Assembly (NCBI GenBank): GCA_963666055.2
Contig: CAXWPH010000015.1
Span: 928,001 to 992,000, forward strand
Direction: 5' to 3'
Origin: Acidobacteriota bacterium
Lineage (GTDB): Bacteria > Acidobacteriota > UBA890 > WLXD01
DNA: 64,000 nucleotides
Shown here one piece after another: positions 46,823-57,122 of the stretch. The translations under genes were made by a program, and so were the position numbers. How positions within the stretch are numbered: position 1 is the stretch's first letter; each line of letters starts with the position of its first letter. The notes beneath the pieces were generated by a model. The model worked only from the letters and a program-made list of their open reading frames with translations. It searched no databases and was not told the DNA's origin.

Positions 46823-47521
46823 ATGCAGATCCTGGCGGGAACGAGCGGGTTCTCATACAAGGCGTGGAAGGGGAACTTCTATCCTGCTGATCTTCCGGAC
46901 GCGCGAATGTTGGAGTACTACGCCGGACAATTGCCGAGCGTGGAGATCAACAACACCTTCTATCGCATGCCGTCGGCGAAGATGGTGACGAAATGGCTGC
47001 AGGTTGTGCCCGAGGAGTTCCGCTTCGTGCTCAAGGCGACGCGTCGGATCTCGCACTTCTCCAGACTGCGGGCCGACGACGAGCTGCTCGAGTATCTCTT
47101 CGGTGTCACCGCAGAGCTCGGCGAGCGCCTCGGTGCACACCTCGTTCAGATGCCGCCGTACGCCAGGCAGGATATCGAGGCGCTGCGCGCCTTCCTGGAG
47201 CGCGTGCCGGAGGGTGACCGCGTCGCATTCGAGTTTCGCCACGAGTCCTGGTTCGACGACAACGTGTACGAAACGCTGCGCGAGTTTGACTCGGCACTCG
47301 TGGTCGCCGACGGCGGGAAGATTGAGGTGCCGCTGGTGGCTACCGCGAGCTGGGGATACCTGAGGCTCCGTCGCAACGACTACGACGATGCCGCTCTGGA
47401 CGAGTGGCGCGACCGCATTCGAGACCTTCGCTGGACGGAGACCTTCGTGTTCTTCAAGCACGAAGACGATGGCGCCGGACCGCGCATGGCGCGCGCGATG
47501 CTCGGCGCTGCAGGCCACTAG
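46823..47521 (+). CDS. DUF72 family protein
   Basis: GTSGFSY..W..FYP, VEINNTFYRMP, EFRHESW, YLRLR, FFKHE. Confidence 0.92.
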   Translation: MQILAGTSGFSYKAWKGNFYPADLPDARMLEYYAGQLPSVEINNTFYRMPSAKMVTKWLQVVPEEFRFVLKATRRISHFSRLRADDELLEYLFGVTAELGERLGAHLVQMPPYARQDIEALRAFLERVPEGDRVAFEFRHESWFDDNVYETLREFDSALVVADGGKIEVPLVATASWGYLRLRRNDYDDAALDEWRDRIRDLRWTETFVFFKHEDDGAGPRMARAMLGAAGH

Positions 47522-48252
47522 TCATCCGGCGGTCGGCTGACCAGCGGCACGAAGCGCACCGGGGCGACGCCGTGTCGAACGAGATATCCCGAGCGGTCTT
47601 TTTGCAGCCGTACGAGCTCCTGTGTGGCCTCGACCGCGCCCACGGGTACCACCAGGTTGCCGGCGCCGACCTGCTCGATGAGGGCTTCGGGTACTACGGT
47701 GGGAGCTGCGGTGACAATCAGCCCATCGTAGGGGGCGTGCTCAGGCCATCCGAGGGTTCCGTCGCCGACGAGCTGGTGCACGCTCCGGTAACCGAGCCGC
47801 GACAGAACATCGGCCGCTCGATCGGCGAGCTCTTCGATGATCTCGACCGTGTAGACCTCGCACCCGAGCTCCGCGAGCACTGCCGTCTGGTAGCCGCTGC
47901 CGGTACCGACCTCGAGGATGCGGGCGCCAGGTGAAGCGTCGAGCAGCTCGGTCATCAGCGCAACGATGTATGGCTGCGAGATCGTTTGCCCGTGCCCGAG
48001 CGGCAGTGGGAAGTTGCCGTACGCCTCGTGCCTAAGGTGCGACTGCACGAACTCATGGCGTGGAACCCGGGCGATCGCTTCGAGGGTGCGGCGATCCTTG
48101 ATGCCCTGCGTGCGTAGTGTGTCGATAAGCCGGCCGCGAGCGCGTTCGAAGTCAACCTCCCCGGGACGGACGTCAGCAATATCGTCGATCATAGTCGCCT
48201 TGCCGAGCATAATTGTCGTCGACGGCTGAACGTCGACGATACTCAACGACAT
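47518..48252 (-). CDS. pcm: protein-L-isoaspartate O-methyltransferase (start may be ATG 48192)
   Basis: VPRHEF, GQTISQPYIVA, LEVGTGSGYQ, GDGTLGW, VRFVPL. Confidence 0.93.
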   Translation of the reverse strand: MSLSIVDVQPSTTIMLGKATMIDDIADVRPGEVDFERARGRLIDTLRTQGIKDRRTLEAIARVPRHEFVQSHLRHEAYGNFPLPLGHGQTISQPYIVALMTELLDASPGARILEVGTGSGYQTAVLAELGCEVYTVEIIEELADRAADVLSRLGYRSVHQLVGDGTLGWPEHAPYDGLIVTAAPTVVPEALIEQVGAGNLVVPVGAVEATQELVRLQKDRSGYLVRHGVAPVRFVPLVSRPPDD

Positions 48253-48282
48253 ACGGCATCCCCGATTCCATGGAGCGCTCCG

Positions 48283-48840
48283 ATGGTCACCGTATCCCGC
48301 TTGTTTGCCCTCAGCCTGATCTCGCTGCCGCTCGTCTTGTCGTATACCGAGCTACCCAACCGTGCACAGGAATCAGCAGCGATGATGCAGCTGAGGCAGG
48401 AGGTCAACAATCTCCGGTTCCGCCTCGACTACGAGACCAGCCGCCTGCAGCGGATGATCGACGATCTGCAGCGGCAGGTGCGTCAACGCGTACAGCCCCT
48501 CGCCTCTATTGCACCGTTGCCGGCGCCCAGGCCGGTGCCGTTCGAGGTGAGCGCCACGAGTGCTCAACGACTGCGCGTCAACGACGCTGCGGGTCGCCCA
48601 CGTGGCGCGATCACGGTGAGCGATCGATTCGGTCCGATGGTGGCTCTGATGGGCCCGTCCGGCGACGTCGAAGCGATGCTGAGCGTGCCATCCTCGGGGC
48701 CACGGTTGGAGCTGTTCGATCGTGCCGGTCGCCCCCGGATCGTATTGGCCTTGGACGACGGAACCCCGGAGCTGCGATTGCTGGGCGAGGACGGCGCGAT
48801 CGTGGGACGCCTCGGTGCAGCGACTCCAGGCGCCGAGTAA
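48283..48840 (+). CDS. hypothetical exported protein (coiled coil and C-terminal beta repeats)
   Basis: N-terminal hydrophobic segment; repeats NDAAGRPR / FDRAGRPR / LGEDG. Confidence 0.55.
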   Translation: MVTVSRLFALSLISLPLVLSYTELPNRAQESAAMMQLRQEVNNLRFRLDYETSRLQRMIDDLQRQVRQRVQPLASIAPLPAPRPVPFEVSATSAQRLRVNDAAGRPRGAITVSDRFGPMVALMGPSGDVEAMLSVPSSGPRLELFDRAGRPRIVLALDDGTPELRLLGEDGAIVGRLGAATPGAE

Positions 48841-49121
48841 CCCAGAGCTCGTCGGCGGCAAATGCCGAGTTGTAGCCGCACTCGTCGTCACACAAGCGAG
48901 ATACGGCGCCGAGAGGTGCCGCGCAGGTTCCGCGTAGGTGCGAGAATGACCCCGACGCCAAATCGGGCAAGTTGATCATGACTGAGCAGCACACCAATCC
49001 CACCGCCGCTTCGCTCGGCAGCCGTGCGCCTGCGGATCGGTGTAAGCACAAATTCTGACCAGAGACCGGACTGCTGGAAGCAGTCGCGTCAGGGGACCCG
49101 GCGACAGGTGTAATCCTGCAC

Positions 49122-50633
49122 ATGTTGCTGCGACCTCTCGCAGTAATCATGTTGGGTGGGACAACGGTGTTCCTGTTGCGCGATCTCTTCCTCAATCCGG
49201 CAGGTGTGGGGGTGGTCCGCATCGGCACCATTGCGTTCGTCGCCGTGGCCACGATCCTGTTGTTTGCTGCGGGCGATCTTTCGCTAGGCCGCTTGCGCGC
49301 GCTAGAGATCGTGCTGTTCGTCTCCGTGAGCGTTCACATTCTGGTACTCGATCATGGCCTGTTGTTGCAGGAGGCTGCGGCCGGTGACGCTGGGCTGGTG
49401 CTGTCGCGATGGAACCTGACGGCCCTTTCGTTTGTGTTGTTGATGGCGACCTACGCGATCTTCGTTCCCAACACGTGGGCTCGCGCTGCCGCCGTCATCG
49501 TGCCGCTGGGGGCAGCGCCGATCGCGCTCGGAGTGCTGGTGCGCGCTCGGCATCCGGAAGTGGAGTTGCTCACACGGTCGGTGTTGACTGCCTCCAAGAT
49601 CACCGACGTGGTGTTCTTGCTGTCGATTGCTGTGATCGTATCGATTCTGGGCGTGATACTCATCGATCGCTTCCGGTCGGTGGCCATCGACGCGCGGTCG
49701 GCGAACGTCTACGACCTTCAGGAGCGCATCGGTCAGGGCGGCATGGGTGAGGTGTGGTTGGCTCAGCATCAGACGCTGGCCCGGCCGGCCGCCATCAAGA
49801 TCATTCGTCCCGATCTTTTGGGCGGCGGCGCCAAGGATTCGACGAGGATGGTGACCCGTCGTTTCGAGCGCGAGGCGCGGGCAACGGCAGGTCTTCGATC
49901 TCCCAACACCGTCGAGATCTACGACTTCGGCGTTACCAACCAAGGCGTCTTCTACTACGTGATGGAGTATCTGGAGGGTCTCAATCTGGAGACCCTGGTC
50001 AAGCGCTTCGGGCCGTTGCCGCCGGCGCGCGCTATCTACCTGTTGCGACAGGCGTGTGCATCGTTGGCCGAGGCTCATACCCGGGGCCTGGTGCATCGCG
50101 ATATCAAGCCGGCGAACATCCACGCTTGTCGCCTGGGCGGCGAGCACGATTTCGTAAAGGTCCTCGATTTCGGCCTCGTGAAGGAGCAGGGAACCCACGG
50201 AGATACCCAGCTGACTGTCGACGGGTTGACCACTGGAACCCCGGCCTACATGCCGCCCGAGCTGGCGATGCAGGCTGAGCTGATCGGTCCCGCTACCGAC
50301 GTCTACGCCCTCGGGTGTGTCGCCTACTGGCTCGTAACAGGCAAGTTGGTCTTCGATCAGCCCACCCCCATGGCGATGGTGGTCGATCACGTCAAGACGC
50401 AGCCCGCGGCACCCTCGACTCGTACCGAGCTGTTGATTCCCGCATCGCTCGATGCAGCGATTCTCAAGTGTCTCGAAAAGAACCCCGCCGACCGATTCGC
50501 GACCATGCGCGAGTTATCCGCGGCGTTATCCGACGTGCCGCTCGAGGGTACGCGCTGGGGCCCGAGCGAAGCGGAGGATTGGTGGTCCCTGCACCAACCA
50601 GTGGCGTTGGGGGAGCTTCCCAAGGCGTCGTAG
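49122..50633 (+). CDS. membrane-anchored Hanks-type Ser/Thr protein kinase
   Basis: N-terminal TM helices; GQGGMGEV, AIK, HRDIKPAN, DFG, GTPAYMPPE, DVYALG. Confidence 0.93.
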   Translation: MLLRPLAVIMLGGTTVFLLRDLFLNPAGVGVVRIGTIAFVAVATILLFAAGDLSLGRLRALEIVLFVSVSVHILVLDHGLLLQEAAAGDAGLVLSRWNLTALSFVLLMATYAIFVPNTWARAAAVIVPLGAAPIALGVLVRARHPEVELLTRSVLTASKITDVVFLLSIAVIVSILGVILIDRFRSVAIDARSANVYDLQERIGQGGMGEVWLAQHQTLARPAAIKIIRPDLLGGGAKDSTRMVTRRFEREARATAGLRSPNTVEIYDFGVTNQGVFYYVMEYLEGLNLETLVKRFGPLPPARAIYLLRQACASLAEAHTRGLVHRDIKPANIHACRLGGEHDFVKVLDFGLVKEQGTHGDTQLTVDGLTTGTPAYMPPELAMQAELIGPATDVYALGCVAYWLVTGKLVFDQPTPMAMVVDHVKTQPAAPSTRTELLIPASLDAAILKCLEKNPADRFATMRELSAALSDVPLEGTRWGPSEAEDWWSLHQPVALGELPKAS

Positions 50634-50686
50634 CGGGATTCCTCGACGGGAAGGGTGCGTGCGGCCAGCGGTATGGCCGGGGCCGG

Positions 50687-51262
50687 TCAGGCTGCTGTGG
50701 GCAACTCCGACGCCGGCATCAGATCGGGGGATTGCGCGACCGCCGGGACACCGTGATCGGGCGTTGCCGCTCGCCCGGGCTGCACCGGATCGAACCGCAC
50801 CCGCAGGTCGCCTGCAAGCCATGCGAAGTGATGCAGGAACACCATCCACAACAGCGTCATCCCGAACATCTCGGTGCATTCCTCGATCGATTTCGAGAAG
50901 TGCCGCAGCATGTCATAGGCGCTGACGTCAAATGTTCGTGCCGCCCAGTACTCCAGGTGCCAGCGCTGTGTGATCGCCGAATAGGGGTTGAGCGCGTGAG
51001 TCGGCGCCAGTCCTTCGAAGAAGTCCAACACCACGGCACCGGCCAGGCAGCTCAGGGCGACGAACACCGTCGCCTTCGGTTTCCATCCGCGCAGCTGCTT
51101 GAGCAGGAAGCCGAACATGAAGAATCCCATCGCTGCGAACAGCGGCATGAAGACGATCTGCCAGCAGTAGCTGGGGAACATCTCCAACGTCCAGGCGCCT
51201 AGCGCGAAGCCGTCGCCGGCCTCGTGATAGGCGGTGCCGAGACGCTCGTGAATGTGCGCGGT
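50687..51262 (-). pseudogene. 5'-truncated membrane protein remnant
   Basis: Frame extends upstream of the track start as AHIHERLGTAYHE... but hits a stop with no start codon or RBS. Confidence 0.45.
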
Positions 51263-51584
51263 CGAATGTCGTCGCCTTGTGCTTCATGGGCTTCGCCTTC
51301 GGAAGCGGGAGGAGGTACCGCGCTTGGTCAGATAGCCGATGAAAACCGTTATAACAGGATTTGGGAGTCCTTAAAACATAGAAATAGTTAATTATAAATG
51401 TTTAAACTCTGTATTGATGCCTTCTGCGCATTATCGGTAACTGTTGGTTTCATCCCACGCACCCGGTTGGCCACCCTCGGCCGCTGTCGGCAACTGCTCG
51501 AGGGCGACTCCCGATACCTCCGTATCAGGGGACGGAGGGGGCGGCGGCCACGGCGAGGCGCAGGATCGGGGCGTGCGGGTCGGC

Positions 51585-52541
51585 CTATCCGGATATCTCG
51601 AGCTGGATCTTCAGCGTTCCGCGGCGCGCCGCGTGCTCGAGCGCGACTAGCCCCCGCTCGAGGGGGTAGGTTGCATCCAACAGCGGCGCGAGCGCTACGC
51701 GGCCGCTGGCAAGAGCCTCGATCGCCGGCTTGAAGGCGCCGCACCGTGAGCCGACGATGCGGATCTCGTCCACCACCAGCGAAGATGTATCGATGTCGAT
51801 CCGACCGGCATAGGTACTCTTGAGCACCAGCGTGCCTCCCGCCCGCAGCGCCGATCGCGCCGCCTCGAAGCCCTCAGGTACGCCGCTGCAATCGACAGCA
51901 ACGTCGAACTCGTTGCCGACGGCACTGGCGTCGGTCGACGTCGCGATCCCCAGGCCCGCCAGTAGCGCCAGCTTGCGCTGATGACGGCCCAGAACAGTGA
52001 CACGTGCGCCGCTTGGCGCGAGCGCGCGAGCCACGAGCTGGCCGAGCTTACCGTCCCCGACCACCAAGACACCGTCGGACTTCTTGATCCCAGCCTGCTC
52101 GGCGGCATGCTGCGCCGCCGCCAGCGGCTCGGTGAACGCCGCTTCGCGATCGCTGACCGAGTCAGGCACAACGTGGAGGTTGCGAACTGGCAACACCGTG
52201 TACTCGGCGAAGGCGCCGTCAAGGCCCCGGATGCCAAGCACCCTCCTTTGCACGCAGTGTTTCGGGTCGCCGGCCACGCAGCGTGAACAGTTGCGACAAT
52301 CAACGTTGATCTCACCCACCACGCGCCGACCCGCAAACTCTGGCGATCCGTCGACTACCTCGCCTACGAACTCGTGACCCAGCACCCCTCGGAACGGCGC
52401 GTATCCACGCATCATCTCGAGGTCCGTGTTGCAGATGCCGGCGCGTCGGACTCGGATCAGCGCTTCGCCGGGCTCCGGGCAGGGGCGTGGAAGGTCGTCG
52501 CGTAGCCGCACTTCGCCATCGTGCATCCACAGGCCTCGCAT
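51585..52541 (-). CDS. zinc-dependent alcohol dehydrogenase (MDR family)
   Basis: GICNTD, GHEFVG, CxxCxxC..C, EPLAAA, GDGKLG, GSRCG. Confidence 0.92.
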   Translation of the reverse strand: MRGLWMHDGEVRLRDDLPRPCPEPGEALIRVRRAGICNTDLEMMRGYAPFRGVLGHEFVGEVVDGSPEFAGRRVVGEINVDCRNCSRCVAGDPKHCVQRRVLGIRGLDGAFAEYTVLPVRNLHVVPDSVSDREAAFTEPLAAAQHAAEQAGIKKSDGVLVVGDGKLGQLVARALAPSGARVTVLGRHQRKLALLAGLGIATSTDASAVGNEFDVAVDCSGVPEGFEAARSALRAGGTLVLKSTYAGRIDIDTSSLVVDEIRIVGSRCGAFKPAIEALASGRVALAPLLDATYPLERGLVALEHAARRGTLKIQLEISG

Positions 52542-52667
52542 GATGCTGTCTCCTGCCGTCTTGTCGTGAGTCGGAACCGACCCGGCGTATGCGGCTACGA
52601 GACCGGCGCGGTTCACCCGCATGCGTGGGCGGTCCATTAGCCAGGGGATAGATCCAACAGAGGGTGC

Positions 52668-53178
52668 TCACTGCGAGACGACTAACCCATGGCGCGCGTT
52701 TACCCGCCGCACTACAGGATCTCCTAGCACCTTCTCGTAGACCCAGGAATAGTGATCCCAGCCACGGAGAACTTCACGAGCCTTTTCCTCTCCCACTAGC
52801 TGTGTCATTGCCTGAAACTCGAGATCGCACACGATGAGATGAAGGTAGGTGCTCTCCGAATCACTGGCGCCGCCAGACGCCCTATCCGGCACGCTCGGGA
52901 AGCGCTCGCGGAACTCGGCCTTCGCAGCTTCGCGAGCTTCAGAGCCTAGTTCCTCGAGCCAGTGGAACTGCTCGTGCAGGAAGGTCGCCAACTGCAACAC
53001 GTCGTTGTCGACGTAGCGCGTGTTGACCGTGAGTACGGGATGGCTGTGCGGAATGACTCGAGACTCGATCATCACCTCTTTGGTGAAAAGCCCCTGGTCG
53101 ATCTCGTACGTCATCGTTATTCGCTCTAGTTGCTCCTTTCCGCGGGCCCCCAAAGCTGTTCCGTTCTTTGTGGAGATG
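52668..53178 (-). pseudogene. hypothetical HExxH protein truncated at its 5' end by an IS end
   Basis: IPHSHPVLT...FLHEQFHW; first codons of the track ORF lie inside IS3 terminal sequence. Confidence 0.6.
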
Positions 53179-53212
53179 CGACCTTGCCCCGCTTTCCCGG
53201 ACACTTAGTTAA
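53179..53212 (-). mobile_element. isolated right end (IRR) of the IS3-family element found at 55812-57183
   Basis: (C)GACCTTGCCCCGCTTTCCCGGACACTTAGTTAA identical to 55813-55845. Confidence 0.85.
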
Positions 53213-54381
53213 GGAACCTCTGATCAATTCGGGTTCGATGGGATAATGCACGCGGATCCGATCACGCCGCCAGAGGGAGAAGGGAATGCGCCAGCAGACG
53301 CTTGCCGAAGGGTCCTTTGAGCAGTACCGGAAGGTGACCCGCCGGGAGCGGTTCCTGGCAGAGATGGATCAGGTGGTGCCGTGGGCCCAGCTGTGCGCTT
53401 TGATCGAGCCGGTGTATCCGAAGCCGAAGGGAGCGGGACGGCGCCCAGTCGGGCTGGAGAGGATGCTGCGCATCTACTTCATGCAGCAGTGGTTCAACCT
53501 GTCGGACCCGGGGGTGGAGGAGGCGCTGTACGACTCGCGGGCGATGCGTGCCTTCGTGGGGATCGATCTGGGACGGGAGCCGGCGCCGGACGAGACGACG
53601 GTGTGCAAGTTCCGGCACCTTCTGGAGACCCACGAGCTGGGCGTGCAGGTGTTCCACATCGTTGCCGAGCACCTGCAGGGGCGGGGGCTGAAGGTCAGCA
53701 CGGGCACCATCGTCGACGCGACGATCATCACCGCCCCGTCATCGACCAAGAACAAGGCCAAGCAGCGGGATCCGGAGATGCGCTCGACCAAGAAGGGCAA
53801 CCAATGGTACTTCGGGATGAAGGGACACTTCGGTGTGGACAGCAAATCCAAGCTCATTCACTCGGTCGTGGCCACCGCCGCCAATGTCCATGACAGCCAG
53901 GTGCTAGAGGATCTGCTGCATGGGCAGGAGACGCGGGTGTGGGGAGACAGCGCTTATACGGGCCGACGGGAGGTCATTGTCCGGTGTGCTCCCGGTGCCA
54001 AGGACTTCACCAACAAGAAAGGGCACCGTCACCGGCCACTGACCGAGCGAGACCGAGCTCGAAACCGCACCAAGTCGAAGGTGCGGGCCAAAGTCGAGCA
54101 CCCGATGCTGGTGATCAAGCGCATCTTCGGCTTCAGAAAGGTCCGATACCGAGGGCTCCACAAGAACGCGCACCGGCTCTTCGTGACCTGCGCGTTGGCC
54201 AACCTATTCATGGCACGCAAGGTGCTGCTCGCGCACACCTGAAACAGGCACCCTGAGAGGCCGCCGTCGCGGTTGAACCCGTCGGCAGCAGCTCGGAGGG
54301 CGACTGCATTCCCACCCTTATGCCGACCAGTTCCTCCAATCAGGCTCCATCCTGACTGACGGCCAATTGATCAGACCTTCC
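53213..54381 (+). mobile_element. IS5-family insertion sequence, apparently intact
   Basis: IRs GGAACCTCTGATCAATT / AATTGATCAGACCTTCC; TTAA on both sides (53209-12, 54382-85). Confidence 0.92.
53286..54242 (+). CDS. IS5 family transposase
   Basis: MLRIYFMQQWFNLSD, IVDATII, KGNQWYFGMK, WGDSAY, RAKVEHP. Confidence 0.95.
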   Translation: MRQQTLAEGSFEQYRKVTRRERFLAEMDQVVPWAQLCALIEPVYPKPKGAGRRPVGLERMLRIYFMQQWFNLSDPGVEEALYDSRAMRAFVGIDLGREPAPDETTVCKFRHLLETHELGVQVFHIVAEHLQGRGLKVSTGTIVDATIITAPSSTKNKAKQRDPEMRSTKKGNQWYFGMKGHFGVDSKSKLIHSVVATAANVHDSQVLEDLLHGQETRVWGDSAYTGRREVIVRCAPGAKDFTNKKGHRHRPLTERDRARNRTKSKVRAKVEHPMLVIKRIFGFRKVRYRGLHKNAHRLFVTCALANLFMARKVLLAHT

Positions 54382-54632
54382 TTAAGCTGAAAACGTCGTT
54401 TGTGCGCTACAGGCGATCGGTGCCGGCGATGAACACGTCGTCACCGTTTGGGCCCGCTTGCACACTACTATTGGAAATTTCAAGTCGTTACTCAACCGGT
54501 TGATAGCCGACACGTGCAGTTTCGGTCTGCGTCCCTGCTTCTATCGTTAAATTCGGTAGTAGTGGACTTTTATGGTCCGCGCCAGGCGGTAGGGATTGTT
54601 TCTTGCGCTCTAGGGATTAGGAAAGAGATGCG

Positions 54633-55811
54633 ATGACTGTCGCAGAAAAATGGCTGACTATGATGCTGCTTTGTTTGTCTGGCAGCACCATTTACTGGAT
54701 GCCGTTTTTTTCAGAGATTTATTATGTACCCATGCAGGACGCCTTTGGTTTTTCCAATACGCAACTGGGCGTTCTATCAAGTACTTTTGGATTTACGTCG
54801 CTGATTGGCTATTTCCCGGGTGGGTGGTTAGCGGATCGCTTTTCATCACGCAAACTCATATCTGTCGCCCTGGTGATTACGGCGGCGGGTGCGTTTGTAT
54901 TCTCGACGATGCCGTCATTCGAGATATGTGTGCTTTTGTTCGGCCTGTGGGGAATAGCAACCGCGTGCGTGTTTTGGTCAGCGATGATCAAGGCAACACG
55001 TAACTGGGCCTCCAGCGCTGAACAAGGGCGGGCGTTCGGCATACTCGAAGGAGGGAGGAAATTTGTTGATATGGCCTCCGCCGCACTCCTTTTAGCTATC
55101 TTCGCTTTCCGCGGCGGTGTTGATGCCGCGCTCTCCGAAATTATCCAGATTCTTGCCGTATCCACTCTGGTTTTGGCAGTTCTCGTTTGGACGGTCATGA
55201 AAGATGCTAGCTCCCACGACGATTACCGGGAGGAACCGCCAACCCATACTGCCGCAGGAATAATAGAGGTCCTGAAATTGCCGATTGTGTGGATGATGGC
55301 GATTATCATCATGGCTGCCTATAGCGGATTATGGGGTGCGATCTATTTAACGCCTTACGCAACTGAAGTGTATGAATTGGGCTCCATCTTGGGCGGCGCG
55401 ATCGGGGTGGGCAAGCTATGGCTTGCGGCCCTTGCGGCCATCGCCGCAGGATTTATCGCAGACAAAATAGGCACGGCGAAAGCCATTGTAGGGTCTTTCG
55501 TTCTAATGACATCTGGCTTTCTCATTTTCGGGCTCCTACCAGGGGGACCGAGTCTTGTGCCGCTATTGTTGATGAATGGTGTCCTCAGTTCCTGCGCTGT
55601 ATATGGCCTGCGTGGGATATAGTTTGCCCTCCTGGAACAGGGTGGTGTTCCTGTTGCTATTACGGGTACTGCGACAGGTGTCGTCTCCGTGATTGGCTAT
55701 ATGCCTGACATGTTTCTACCCGTGCTGGGTGGCATGATCTTAGATGCGAGTCCAGGTGCCGACGGGTATCAGAACTTATTTCTTTTGTTGCGGCTCTGAA
55801 TTTTCTCGGTC
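54633..55811 (+). pseudogene. MFS transporter, disrupted (in-frame TAG 55620-22, probable frameshift near 55785, cut by IS3)
   Basis: PGGWLADRF, EQGRAFG; coding-like continuation FALLEQGGVP...GYMPD after the TAG; lower GC than flanks. Confidence 0.85.
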
Positions 55812-55837
55812 TGACCTTGCCCCGCTTTCCCGGACAC

Positions 55838-56833
55838 TTAGTTAAGATCCATTGTCGTAGTCGTAGTAGCGGCTGTGGGAGCTGTTGGCAACGCGGAGCG
55901 TTGTCCAAGCGACGGTGGAAATCGGGAGTCGATTTCCACGGGCGCGTCAGCTTCCACAGCTGATTGGCCGCTCTGGCCTGGCCGCCGCATTGCCGCCTCC
56001 AACTGAGCCGGACTCTGGTCTCCGATCGAGGTGTGCATGCGAGCCCGGTTGTAGAACACTTCGATGTAGTGGAACAACTCGGCTCGGGCCGCCGCCCGGG
56101 AACTGAAGCAGCCACCGAGTTCGAACTTCAGGGTAGAGAAGAAACTCTCCATCGGCGCGTTATCCCAGCAGTCTCCTTTCCTGCTCATGCTGATGGTGAA
56201 GCCACGGTCACGCAGCTTGTCTAGGTAATCGTCGCTGCTGTACTGGCTGCCGCGGTCGCTGTGATGGAGCACTCCGGAACCGGGACGGCGTTGCTCCAAG
56301 GACTGATCCAGGACCGCCAGCGTCAAATCGTCCGTCATCGTCTCGCTCACCGCCCAGCCGATGATCCGTCGCGAGCACAGATCCATCAGCACGGCCAGGT
56401 ATAGCCATCCTTCCTGCGTCCACAGGTATGTCAGGTCGCCCACCCAGACGCTGTCCACGGCATCCACCGTGAAGCGCCGTGCCAGCACGTTGGGCGCCGC
56501 TGACCGCCCAGGTGTGGGCCGTGTTGTCACCCGGAACCGACGGGGTTGGCGAGCTCGAAGTCCTTCCTGGCGCATCAGCCGAGCTACCCGCTTGCGAGAG
56601 CAGCGGATCCCTCGTTGCCGAAGTTGCTTGTGGATGCGCGGACTTCCGTAACGGTCGCGGCTCTCTCGGAATGCAGCTCTGATCTGCACACGTAGACGGC
56701 GATCTTCTCGCGCTCTCGGGCTCGGCCCCCTTCCTCGCCACTCGTAGTAACCGCCGTGAGACACCTCGAGCATCTTGCACAACCGCCGCACCGGGAACTT
56801 GCCGGACAGTTGCTTGATGATCGGGTACTTCAT
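55838..56833 (-). CDS. IS3 family transposase OrfB (DDE)
   Basis: YGSPRI, WVGDLTY, HSDRGSQY, DNAPMESFF. Confidence 0.93.
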   Translation of the reverse strand: MKYPIIKQLSGKFPVRRLCKMLEVSHGGYYEWRGRGPSPRAREDRRLRVQIRAAFRESRDRYGSPRIHKQLRQRGIRCSRKRVARLMRQEGLRARQPRRFRVTTRPTPGRSAAPNVLARRFTVDAVDSVWVGDLTYLWTQEGWLYLAVLMDLCSRRIIGWAVSETMTDDLTLAVLDQSLEQRRPGSGVLHHSDRGSQYSSDDYLDKLRDRGFTISMSRKGDCWDNAPMESFFSTLKFELGGCFSSRAAARAELFHYIEVFYNRARMHTSIGDQSPAQLEAAMRRPGQSGQSAVEADAPVEIDSRFPPSLGQRSALPTAPTAATTTTTMDLN

Positions 56834-57122
56834 CGCGGGCGTTCCGAGAAGATCGCCAACGCTTTTTTAGAATGTCGCGCTCCTGCCGTACTCGCCGCAG
56901 GTCCCGCCGTAGCTGTTGCCCGTCCAGGTCCTGGTCGGGCATCTTCCCCGCGCCCGGAAACGCCGTGACCCCCTGCTCCTGGAGCTGTTTGCGCCACTTG
57001 GTCAACATGCCGCGGCCAACACCCAGATCCCGGGCCACCTCAGACACCGGATGGCCCAGCTGCGTCACCATCCTCACTGCCTCAATCTTGAACTCGCGAC
57101 TGTACCGCCGTCGTGACCCCAT
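56830..57122 (-). CDS. IS3 family transposase OrfA (HTH); frame altered at the slippery A tract
   Basis: RRYSREFKIEAVRMV...VARDLG...ERDILKK. Confidence 0.85.

Noticed and set aside
54633-55799. Pyrrolysine-containing MFS transporter
   Set aside because: Additional probable frameshift and IS truncation indicate decay; no pyl genes here; TAG is a common true stop in the window
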